This document shows, piece by piece, positions 40,784 through 49,137 of a stretch of 64,000 nucleotides of DNA. Positions within the stretch are counted from its first letter, which is position 1. Each line of letters starts with the position of its first letter. The notes below the pieces were generated by a model. The model saw only the letters and a program-made list of their open reading frames with translations, did not search any database and had not been told where the DNA came from. Both the position numbers and the translations under genes were made by a program. This DNA is from a virus: positions 27,492 to 91,491 of IMG/VR virus record IMGVR_UViG_3300008108_007099, one strand, 5' to 3'.

Positions 40784-40991
40784 TCTCCTTCATTGTGTGA
40801 CCACATACAACACATTTATAAATCTTCTTCTGTGGTATCATTTTTGAATCCGTTTTTTGATCGATTGGCTTGGAATGATCTAAAAACGGAGGTTTCTTTT
40901 GTAATATACTTCTATCGTACTGCACTAACATCTCGGCAGGCAGGAAATATTTTTTATTACAGTTTTGACACCAAAAAGCTTTGTTTTCCAT
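40752..40991 (-). CDS. Zinc-ribbon protein
   Basis: CQNC...CVVCG. Confidence 0.6.
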   Translation of the reverse strand: MENKAFWCQNCNKKYFLPAEMLVQYDRSILQKKPPFLDHSKPIDQKTDSKMIPQKKIYKCVVCGHTMKEIENVSTNIST

Positions 40992-40992
40992 A

Positions 40993-41328
40993 TTACTGAT
41001 TTAATGTAGTTTTTGACTCTATAAAAACCATAATAGTTGCCCAAAAAACTGCTAAAAGTGAAGTGGCACAACCATTAGCAAAATTAAGTCCTAGCTGTAA
41101 TAGCAAACTCATTATGTCGCCACGCCACTCAGGAGTTAAGAAAAATAGACTCAAAAACAATCCGCTCCAAAAACCACAACATTGATGACAATCCAAAACC
41201 TTCATTACATATTCTGGAATAATTTTTTTCAAAAATTCTTTTACAGGAACAAAAATAGCCCCTTCAACTATAATGACCGTCATACCTACAGATCCCAAAA
41301 GCATCAATAAAAATGAAGCTAGCGCCAT
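40993..41328 (-). CDS. Membrane protein (DUF1360-like)
   Basis: Three hydrophobic segments; L.CHQCCGFW.G. Confidence 0.65.
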   Translation of the reverse strand: MALASFLLMLLGSVGMTVIIVEGAIFVPVKEFLKKIIPEYVMKVLDCHQCCGFWSGLFLSLFFLTPEWRGDIMSLLLQLGLNFANGCATSLLAVFWATIMVFIESKTTLNQ

Positions 41329-41687
41329 GATAACACCTTTATTTCCTTTCCTTTTCTAAACAAAACTGTCTCTGCATAATTAGAGGCATCTTCTATGTAT
41401 AATTCAAGTTTATCTATATCAGTTGCAAAATACTTTACACTGCTATGTTTTATAGTCGCTATATTTATAGGTATACCTAGTTCTATTTCTAATATCTTTT
41501 TTTCTTCTTCAGTCAAAAGCGAACAAAAGTCTAATACACATCTAGTTGCTACTGATCTAAGGCTTGGACTTGCTTGAGCCACCGTCCATCCATCAAATAA
41601 AAATTTGTATTTTGGTAGCTTAGATTGTATAATTTTATTTGTAAACACAAATTTTTCTAAATCTTTTATAGAAAGATTTTTTACCAT
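41319..41687 (-). CDS. Hypothetical protein
   Basis: 122 aa; extended -10 TGcTATAAT 5 nt before ATG. Confidence 0.6.
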   Translation of the reverse strand: MVKNLSIKDLEKFVFTNKIIQSKLPKYKFLFDGWTVAQASPSLRSVATRCVLDFCSLLTEEEKKILEIELGIPINIATIKHSSVKYFATDIDKLELYIEDASNYAETVLFRKGKEIKVLSWR

Positions 41688-41722
41688 ACTCTATTATAGC
41701 AAGTCAATATAGGAGAATATAA

Positions 41723-42745
41723 ATGTCAGAATTTCCAAATCCTGAAGGTCAAGTAGCTGGTGGTGGTGTGCAAATTACTGGTAACATTCCACCGGAATTA
41801 CTAGCTAGAATGCAAAGGCCAGAGAATGCTCAGAGTCCTCAGAGTCCTCAGAGTCCTCAGCCAGTCCCACACTTGCCACCTCATAATGTTCCAATGCAAA
41901 CGAATTTTTCGAATGCTTCTGCCTCTACTCCATATGCATCTAATTCAAATCTTGAGTCTATCTTAAGTAAACTACGCCAGCAAAACACTGTTTATGAGGA
42001 AATTACACTTCCTAGTTTAGGACGCTTTTACAATGGTACTGACGGTCCTGTAGATGGCAAGCTGCATATTAGACCAATGTGTGGCGAGGAAGAACAGATT
42101 CTTGCGACTCCGCGATTTGTCCGTAAGGGACAGGCTATAGATATGATTTTCAGTCGTTGTATCCAAGAAAGTTTCAAGCCCGCTGAACTTCTTTCTGCCG
42201 ACAGGACTTTTATTCTTATTTACCTTCGTGGTATTTCTTATGGTGCTGAATATGAGGTTGAGGTAAAGGATCCAGATTCTGACCGTAAGTTTACTACTGT
42301 AATTGATTTGGATGGGCTTGTAAAGAATATTTGTCCGGCTGACTTTGGTCCTAACTTGAGCGACCAATTGCCAAAGAGCGGGTTGCCTTTTACATATCGA
42401 CTGTCTCGTGGCAAAGATGAAACTGAAATTCAGGAGCATCGCGAACGTCGTCTTCGTCAGTACGGAGATAATGCAGCCGATGACACGTTGCTATTCCGCA
42501 GCACTCAACTAGTTGAATCAATTGCAGACATTACTGACAAGACTGAAATTCAGATTATTCTGAGAAGTTTGCCAATTCAAGATTTGACATATTTGCGTCA
42601 GGTTTGCAATGAGCCTCCTTTTGGCGTTGATACCAAGGTCTCGATTGTTTCGCCTATGAGTAGCGAAGAATTCGAGGTGGATCTCCCTTTGGAATCGGCC
42701 TTTTTCTTCCCACGGCGCAAGAAGAAGGACAAGACCCTAGCTTAA
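41723..42745 (+). CDS. Baseplate hub assembly protein / tail assembly chaperone, T4 gp26-like
   Basis: EEITLPSLG.FY, IRPM..EEEQILAT, DR.FILIYLR.ISYG, LPL...FFFP. Confidence 0.75.
   Translation: MSEFPNPEGQVAGGGVQITGNIPPELLARMQRPENAQSPQSPQSPQPVPHLPPHNVPMQTNFSNASASTPYASNSNLESILSKLRQQNTVYEEITLPSLGRFYNGTDGPVDGKLHIRPMCGEEEQILATPRFVRKGQAIDMIFSRCIQESFKPAELLSADRTFILIYLRGISYGAEYEVEVKDPDSDRKFTTVIDLDGLVKNICPADFGPNLSDQLPKSGLPFTYRLSRGKDETEIQEHRERRLRQYGDNAADDTLLFRSTQLVESIADITDKTEIQIILRSLPIQDLTYLRQVCNEPPFGVDTKVSIVSPMSSEEFEVDLPLESAFFFPRRKKKDKTLA
41831..41860 (+). repeat. (CAGAGTCCT)x3 coding repeat (QSP)
   Basis: Exact 9-nt tandem repeat in the disordered N-terminus. Confidence 0.85.
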
Positions 42746-42930
42746 TGATGCGTCGAAACCTTCTCGATGAGCTTTTTTTCTTCATGTATCACTTACGAAT
42801 TAGCAAAGCCGAATGGCTTGCTCTAGAAATTTTTGAACGAAAATATCTTATTGACAAGTATATTCAACAAAAGAATTTAGAGCGCGAAGAGATAGATAAA
42901 GAGAGGAAAAAAGCTAATAGAAGAAGGTAG
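42745..42930 (+). CDS. Small baseplate assembly protein, T4 gp51-like
   Basis: ELFFFMYHL......L.IFERKYLI; TAATG overlap with the gp26-like gene. Confidence 0.65.
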   Translation: MMRRNLLDELFFFMYHLRISKAEWLALEIFERKYLIDKYIQQKNLEREEIDKERKKANRRR

Positions 42931-42935
42931 TTTTA

Positions 42936-43688
42936 ATGGTACAACAAATAAAAGAACGCTATCAAAATCCAACCGTAGATGAAGAAGTTCGTCTACGGAT
43001 GTATTTTTATAACAGCAATCTTTTTTCAAATGTTTATGAAATCAAAGAAATAAACATTTTTTTCATACCTAAAGGCTTCTCGCCCCAAGAGATTGGAGCA
43101 AGAGAATTAGTTCAAACTATACCCGGCAGCCAAGTTGTTAATGAGGGTGTAGGCAAGTATTACGTAGACATTTTTACAACTGACGGTGTTTATGTTGTTG
43201 GAAATTACACCGATGTCTGGACAGTGAATTTTGTAAATGACAACGAAGGAACATCAGAACTTGCAAACTTATTTACTGTTTATCCAAGACTTTGGTATTC
43301 GACTCCAATACCAGTGGTTTACGATTTTAATTATGTATTCAGACCTAGTCAATTAAGAATTGGAAGCAAACAATATCTGATAATTCAGGTCACGCCAAAC
43401 GTACCTAAAGGCACTGATCTTCAACGCTATTACGAAAACCTCGCAATTTTAGGAAACATTTTGGTTTCAATTGAGAAAAGATGCGGTGCGTGTCTGCCAC
43501 AAGAACAAGATTTGCGAATGATTGTTGATAAAGAACCAGTTCAATTTAGAGAAAAAATGTTTGGCTATTATTGGCTTGATACTGACAAGTGTGGTTTTGA
43601 AGTTGGAATTTATGATATTTGGTTCCAAATTAACATGGGTGAAAATAATTACATTTCACCACGATATCAACTTCAAATTTATTCCTAA
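42936..43688 (+). CDS. Probable structural protein (beta-sandwich domains)
   Basis: GKYYV...GNYTDVW and GIYDIWF strand motifs; in the baseplate operon. Confidence 0.55.
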   Translation: MVQQIKERYQNPTVDEEVRLRMYFYNSNLFSNVYEIKEINIFFIPKGFSPQEIGARELVQTIPGSQVVNEGVGKYYVDIFTTDGVYVVGNYTDVWTVNFVNDNEGTSELANLFTVYPRLWYSTPIPVVYDFNYVFRPSQLRIGSKQYLIIQVTPNVPKGTDLQRYYENLAILGNILVSIEKRCGACLPQEQDLRMIVDKEPVQFREKMFGYYWLDTDKCGFEVGIYDIWFQINMGENNYISPRYQLQIYS

Positions 43689-43694
43689 AACCCC

Positions 43695-43723
43695 TTGCTT
43701 TTTACCGTCAATTCGCTTACCTT
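43695..43723 (+). promoter_or_regulatory. Sigma70-like promoter for the MoxR/VWA operon
   Basis: TTGCTT-N17-TACCTT; SD AAGGAG follows. Confidence 0.45.
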
Positions 43724-43756
43724 TCTCCTACCGAGCGAGCCCAGCAAGGAGAGAAA

Positions 43757-45184
43757 ATGCAAGGCGACAAGAAATTGGATTTTTGGTTTAAACACGGTCG
43801 TAATGTTTTGTTTGTTGGAAAACATGGATGCGGTAAAACTGCTAGCATTAAACAGTGTTTTGAAAGAAATGGATTAGTACACGGAACAACATATTTGTAT
43901 TTTAGCGCAAGCACATTAGACCCTTGGGTAGATTTAGTTGGCGTTCCAGAAAAGGTAGAAAAAGACGGCAAGGTTTTTCTAGATCTCGTAAGACCGAAAG
44001 CATTAGCTTCCGGTACAGTAGAAGCTATATTTTTTGATGAATTTAATAGAGCACCGAAAAAAGTAAGGAATGCCGTAATGGAATTGATGCAATTCCGTTC
44101 AATTAATGGTATGGTGTTTCCCAATTTAAAGTGCATATGGGCTGCTATCAACCCAGAAGAAGATGATAAGTATGATGTGGAAAAAATTGACCCAGCTCAA
44201 AAAGATCGTTTTCACGTAATTCAAAATGTCCCATACAAGCCAAACAAGGAATGGTTTATTAGTCGTTTTGGCGAAAACATAGCTGTGAGCGCGATCGAAT
44301 GGTGGGGCGACTTGCCGGATGAAGAAAAAGAAAAGGTAAGTCCAAGACGGCTTGAATATGCTTTAAATGAATTTGAAATAGGCGGCACGCTCTCTGACGT
44401 GCTTCCGATGACTTCAAATGTAAACAAGTTGCTACAGGCATTGAGAAATGGCCCTGTAGAAGAGAAATTAAAAGAAATGATGGAAAATAATGATGTCGTG
44501 TCTGCAAAAGCGTTTCTGGCTAACGATAATAATTTTTCATCAGCAGTGAAATTTATTTTAGCAGAAGATTCATACTTGAGCTTTTTCGTTCCTCTAATGC
44601 CAAAGGAACGCGTATGTGCTTTGATGTCCGAATATCCACATGTTTGCAGAACCGTCACCCAAGTTTCACAAACAAATAAAGAAATGTGGAACTTGATGCG
44701 CGAAATAGTCATGGCAGGACAAGATGAAAAATTAGTTAAAATGTTGCATAGGTATGTGTCAACTAATGAAGATTTATTGGTAAAAGATTCAACAAGTGAA
44801 GCTCCCGAGCCGCCGTATTACAATCAGAATCCGAAAAAGATTTCTTTCATCAATTTTCAGTCTATGACAGATCTTCAAGGGGAAAAAGTTGATGAATATT
44901 TTGAAGAAATTAAAAAAGCAGTGTCGAAAGACATGACTGAAGAAGATGCTCTCGAATGCATCAATGCCTTGGCTCATATTATGCAGAATTCTTGGTCTAC
45001 TTGCATGCTCAAGCCTGAAAGGAAGGCCTTGGTAGGAATAATAAATCATTGTTTGAAAATACTTAGCGATACTAAAAAATACAGTTCGGTATTGGCTTGG
45101 GTAACAAGCGAAAACAGATTAATTTGTAACATGTTTGTAAAACTTCAGCAATGCGGCCTGTACAAGAAAGTTTTGAGGGTATAG
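43757..45184 (+). CDS. MoxR-like AAA+ ATPase
   Basis: Walker A GKHGCGKT, DLVGVP, Walker B IFFDEFNRA, AAINP, DPAQKDRF, SPRR. Confidence 0.9.
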   Translation: MQGDKKLDFWFKHGRNVLFVGKHGCGKTASIKQCFERNGLVHGTTYLYFSASTLDPWVDLVGVPEKVEKDGKVFLDLVRPKALASGTVEAIFFDEFNRAPKKVRNAVMELMQFRSINGMVFPNLKCIWAAINPEEDDKYDVEKIDPAQKDRFHVIQNVPYKPNKEWFISRFGENIAVSAIEWWGDLPDEEKEKVSPRRLEYALNEFEIGGTLSDVLPMTSNVNKLLQALRNGPVEEKLKEMMENNDVVSAKAFLANDNNFSSAVKFILAEDSYLSFFVPLMPKERVCALMSEYPHVCRTVTQVSQTNKEMWNLMREIVMAGQDEKLVKMLHRYVSTNEDLLVKDSTSEAPEPPYYNQNPKKISFINFQSMTDLQGEKVDEYFEEIKKAVSKDMTEEDALECINALAHIMQNSWSTCMLKPERKALVGIINHCLKILSDTKKYSSVLAWVTSENRLICNMFVKLQQCGLYKKVLRV

Positions 45185-45185
45185 C

Positions 45186-46433
45186 ATGAAACCAATATCG
45201 GACATATTGTGGCAAGAAATATGCAATGATCTATTAGATCACCATTCTCTTTTTTATAAATTGGGAGAAATGGGAAAGCCATTTCTCACCGATAGAATTT
45301 CTACAGCTTGTGTTACTTTTGACAAAAAGGGTAATTTTTTGTGCTTTTTATTCAACCCAGACTTTTGGGAGAAATCTACTTTATATGAAAAGAAGTTTGT
45401 GATTTGTCACGAAGCATTACATATTATTTTGAATCACGGAAAACGATTTGCTGATAGCAAAGACAATACTCGCGCAAATTACGCGATGGATGTGGTCGTA
45501 AATCACAGCTTAGTAAATCGTTTTGGATTCATACGTGATGAGATATCTGGTTGGCAGGATTATTGTTGGGTAGATACCATTTTTAAAAATAAAAAAGTCA
45601 ACAGTATGGATATTCCGGAAGATGAGACTGCCGAATATTATCTTAACCTTTTAAACAGAATTTATTCTGATGATAAGTTTTCAAAACAATTTGGACTTGT
45701 TGATGAACATAGCTTTACAGAAGAGGATATGAAAGAGCTATTTGAACAATTGAATGCAGAATTAAGCGAAGAAGAAAAAGAGGCTTTAAAGAAATACTTA
45801 GAAAAACACGGCAAAGAAGCCGGGAATACCGCTGGCGGATTAGCTCACTTAGTTGCAAATGAAAAAGTAAAGGTCAAGAGAAAGTGGGAAAGCGTTATTA
45901 CAAAATGGACAAATCTTCGTTTGAAAGATGGAGATGAGTGTGTAGAACAATGGGCCAGAAAGCACAGGAGATTTCAATTTTTAAATAACGGCATGTTTTT
46001 GCCTAGCGAGATGGATATTGAAGAAATGTCTTTGCAAAAAGACAAAATAACAGTTTATTTCTATTGTGATACAAGCGGAAGTTGTTGGCACCTTAAAGAC
46101 AGATTTTTTTTGGCTGCCGAGTCTTTACCTAAAAAACATTTCGATGTTAAGATGTTTTGCTTTGATACTGCTGTATACCCGACTGATTTGAAATCTAGAA
46201 AAATGTATGGAGGAGGCGGCACAAGTTTCGGAATAATCGAAAATCATCTTGCGTCTGAAACAGTAAATAAAAGCTTGCCATATCCAGAATCAGTATGGGT
46301 TTTAACTGACGGCCATGGTGACCTAATTAATCCTAAATTTCCAGAACGCTGGCACTGGTTCATAACCGAGTATGGATCTAATTCTTATGTGCCATCCAAA
46401 TCTAAGTTTTATTCCTTATCGGACTTTTCCTGA
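45186..46433 (+). CDS. Metallopeptidase-VWA protein (DUF2201-like)
   Basis: HEALH, NYAMD..VN, MIDAS DTSGS, GGGGTSF, LTDG. Confidence 0.88.
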   Translation: MKPISDILWQEICNDLLDHHSLFYKLGEMGKPFLTDRISTACVTFDKKGNFLCFLFNPDFWEKSTLYEKKFVICHEALHIILNHGKRFADSKDNTRANYAMDVVVNHSLVNRFGFIRDEISGWQDYCWVDTIFKNKKVNSMDIPEDETAEYYLNLLNRIYSDDKFSKQFGLVDEHSFTEEDMKELFEQLNAELSEEEKEALKKYLEKHGKEAGNTAGGLAHLVANEKVKVKRKWESVITKWTNLRLKDGDECVEQWARKHRRFQFLNNGMFLPSEMDIEEMSLQKDKITVYFYCDTSGSCWHLKDRFFLAAESLPKKHFDVKMFCFDTAVYPTDLKSRKMYGGGGTSFGIIENHLASETVNKSLPYPESVWVLTDGHGDLINPKFPERWHWFITEYGSNSYVPSKSKFYSLSDFS

Positions 46434-46966
46434 TTCATGAAAAAATACTTATCCGGAAGCTTCAAAAATTCACGTAGAGGAATGCAGGTATAGTCGCGGT
46501 ACTGCAGACTGTAGTTGTATGTGCCCTCTAGTATTTTTGTTTTGCAGAAAACAAGCCAAGGCTTTCTATCTCTTTTGTAAAAAAGCAGAGGAGGACGGCC
46601 ACACCTTTTACTGTCGTCTTCTACTTGTTTGATAAATTCATCCAAATCTGCAATACTACCATCTATAGCAGAACTTAATTCTATTTTGTTATAGCCGCCT
46701 TTACTTTCACAAACAAACCTGAAATTTTCTGGACACACTAGATCACCAGTAAAGGAATCAATAGCATGTTTAGGCATGTCTTTGATACTTCCCCATCGAT
46801 TGCCGCTACCGACAGATCTGCTAAAACCTTTGCCAAATCTTTCATTTAAAAAAGCAACTAACTCTCGTTCAACTCTTTTGCCTTTTCTGCAGCCGTTTGT
46901 TCGCTTGGTTTTGCTTTTAAACTTTTCTATGTGGAAAGTTTCTTCAATGTCATCAAAATCCATCAC
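46409..46966 (-). CDS. Holliday junction resolvase-like PD-(D/E)XK nuclease
   Basis: KGKRVERE, SG, GDL, ESK, PLLFYKRDR.PW. Confidence 0.75.
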   Translation of the reverse strand: MMDFDDIEETFHIEKFKSKTKRTNGCRKGKRVERELVAFLNERFGKGFSRSVGSGNRWGSIKDMPKHAIDSFTGDLVCPENFRFVCESKGGYNKIELSSAIDGSIADLDEFIKQVEDDSKRCGRPPLLFYKRDRKPWLVFCKTKILEGTYNYSLQYRDYTCIPLREFLKLPDKYFFMNQEKSDKE

Positions 46967-48003
46967 TCCCCCAGATTTTTTAAAAGCGCGTCACATCTTT
47001 TGTTAATATCTTTTAAATTAGCAAAAATATAGTTCGCTTTGTTTTTTTCTATATCTGACATATTAAGCTTGTCAAGCTTATTAGTAATAGAGTTAGAAAT
47101 GGTGCTAAATTTATTTTTCATTCCACTAATTACATCATTTAAATTTTCTTGTTTTTCCAAACTCAAAGAATTTTTCCAGTTTGACTTATCTGTCTTTAAT
47201 TTATACATAGGCAAATCAAAGCTCTTGTCTGGAGCCTCTTTTAAAGAAAAATTGTACTCGGATAACTCTATAGAAAAATTGTTGTGCAAACTTAACTCAA
47301 TATATCCATTTTTTGGAAGCTCATAGAATCTGTAATTTTTGATTCTCTTTTTGATAATATCAACACTTTCAAAAAATATTGCTGTTGTGCTGCAAAAGAA
47401 AATTTGATTAAGCTCTTCGCGCAAGTCTACAACAATAAGAGGTCTATGCTCATTTCTAAATAAATGCAACTTTCTAAAATCTTCCTCTACTTCACCATAA
47501 GCTACTGCATAATGACTATTCTTACTATGCATCAGAAAGTTTTTAACTTTATCCAAGAAATCTTCGTCTTGTTCTAATATTCTTAGGAATAGTTCTGAAT
47601 CACATTCTGTTTCTACTTCGTAATGATACTTTAAAGTTTCATACTCATTTTTATTAATTACTCCGTTGTGTATTACCGCTTTTTTTAAACATCTGCTTAC
47701 GAAAGGATGATTATTTTCATTGTACGCGGGGATGCCAACACCGGCAGATGCAGCGCGACAATGAAACAGCCCTAAATTAATGTTATTTTGCCATATTGCT
47801 TTGTATTCTGCTAAATTAACAAATTCAATCGCAGGAATTGGCTTTTTGTAATACAAAACTTGCTTGTTTGGGAAGTTTTGTACGCAATAAAAACCAGATG
47901 CATCAGTGCCGCGCACCTGTGTCTTCACAAACAGCGCAGTTGACAAATCTTTGGTGAGTTCAGGGTTTTTACTCTCACCTATAAATCCAAATAATCCACA
48001 CAT
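46963..48003 (-). CDS. Class II (Ntn) glutamine amidotransferase
   Basis: MCGLFG, RG.DASG, HCRAAS, NNHPF, HNGVI, CDSE. Confidence 0.88.
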   Translation of the reverse strand: MCGLFGFIGESKNPELTKDLSTALFVKTQVRGTDASGFYCVQNFPNKQVLYYKKPIPAIEFVNLAEYKAIWQNNINLGLFHCRAASAGVGIPAYNENNHPFVSRCLKKAVIHNGVINKNEYETLKYHYEVETECDSELFLRILEQDEDFLDKVKNFLMHSKNSHYAVAYGEVEEDFRKLHLFRNEHRPLIVVDLREELNQIFFCSTTAIFFESVDIIKKRIKNYRFYELPKNGYIELSLHNNFSIELSEYNFSLKEAPDKSFDLPMYKLKTDKSNWKNSLSLEKQENLNDVISGMKNKFSTISNSITNKLDKLNMSDIEKNKANYIFANLKDINKRCDALLKNLGE

Positions 48004-48004
48004 A

Positions 48005-48541
48005 TTAGGATGCTGGTCTTGCTTGGTCTGTTGGGCCGCCCAGAGGCGGTATGGTGCTCAAATCGGTTGTTCCAGTTGTCATGGCAGTTTGATTATCAAA
48101 GTTGTTTCCTCCAACCTTGCTCATATCGTTTTGGTCCGATCCAAGCTCTTCGGAGCCCTTGTCCATAACTGCTAAATTATTGATTGGACCTTTAATCTTG
48201 TTTAGAATGTTTTGATTAATTAAGTCCAAGCAGCCCTTAATTATTGCTGCAATATCTTGGTTTTGTGTATCTTTGTCGCCATCAGCTAAAAGTTTCATGT
48301 TGTAAGCTACAGTTTGTAATGGAACTAAAAATACTTGTTGCTGTTTTAACCAGTGCCCATGAATCATAGTTTGAACTAAAGAGAAAATGTCTTCGCAGTC
48401 TCCTTTTAATTCTACTAAACCTGTAGATGCCAAGTTTAACATAGACTGCAATCGTTCTGCAACTTCCGAAGCAGCTTTCTTAAGTACACGATTATCCTCT
48501 AGTAGGACAAATCTTTTAAATGATATTGTTTCTTCGAACAT
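48005..48541 (-). CDS. Hypothetical protein, putative internal head protein
   Basis: SFKRFVLLE; ATAAATA 4 nt before ATG. Confidence 0.65.
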   Translation of the reverse strand: MFEETISFKRFVLLEDNRVLKKAASEVAERLQSMLNLASTGLVELKGDCEDIFSLVQTMIHGHWLKQQQVFLVPLQTVAYNMKLLADGDKDTQNQDIAAIIKGCLDLINQNILNKIKGPINNLAVMDKGSEELGSDQNDMSKVGGNNFDNQTAMTTGTTDLSTIPPLGGPTDQARPAS

Positions 48542-48568
48542 ACTTTATTTATCGCTCAGATATATTTA

Positions 48569-49096
48569 TTATACCTGTTCTAATGCCATTTTTTTTGCTA
48601 TTTCAAAAGGAATTGGAGAATAATTATGATGTTCAACACAACAATTGAAATAAGCTGGGTCTATACTTGTATCGTTTAACATCACTTTGCGATGATGTAT
48701 ATGACCATGCATATTAATCAATCCATCAAACAAACAGCTATTATGCACAGGATAATGAGATAAAATAAAACTTCTATCCAGTCTGTGCGTTCCTCTAATG
48801 TCTTTGAAATACGGCATGTAGTCTGATATTTTGAATATATCATGATTTCCTCTAATTAAAACCTTTTTACCGTTTAATCGCTCGAGAATTTTAATGTTTT
48901 TTCTTGATATTGCAACATCACCAAGGTGATAAACTTGATCATTTTTATTTACATTCTTATTCCAATTATCTATCATCGTTTCATCCATGGCTTCCACGGA
49001 AGGAAACTTACGTATCAAGCTGCCGTCATCCTTAACAAAAGTTAAGAATTTTTCATGGCCAAAATGAGTATCTGAAATAAGAAAGAGGTTCGCCAT
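48569..49096 (-). CDS. Calcineurin-like metallophosphoesterase
   Basis: SDTHFGH, LGD, GNHD, SHYP, HGHIH. Start moved to MANLFL (49096). Confidence 0.9.
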   Translation of the reverse strand: MANLFLISDTHFGHEKFLTFVKDDGSLIRKFPSVEAMDETMIDNWNKNVNKNDQVYHLGDVAISRKNIKILERLNGKKVLIRGNHDIFKISDYMPYFKDIRGTHRLDRSFILSHYPVHNSCLFDGLINMHGHIHHRKVMLNDTSIDPAYFNCCVEHHNYSPIPFEIAKKMALEQV

Positions 49097-49137
49097 AAAC
49101 CTATTATGGCGAACCTCATAAGTTTTTTCAATACTAA

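Noticed and set aside
33765-43688. Bacterial contractile injection system or tailocin
   Set aside because: Neck proteins, gp55, gp46/47, UvsW, NrdJ and tRNAs indicate a complete lytic phage.
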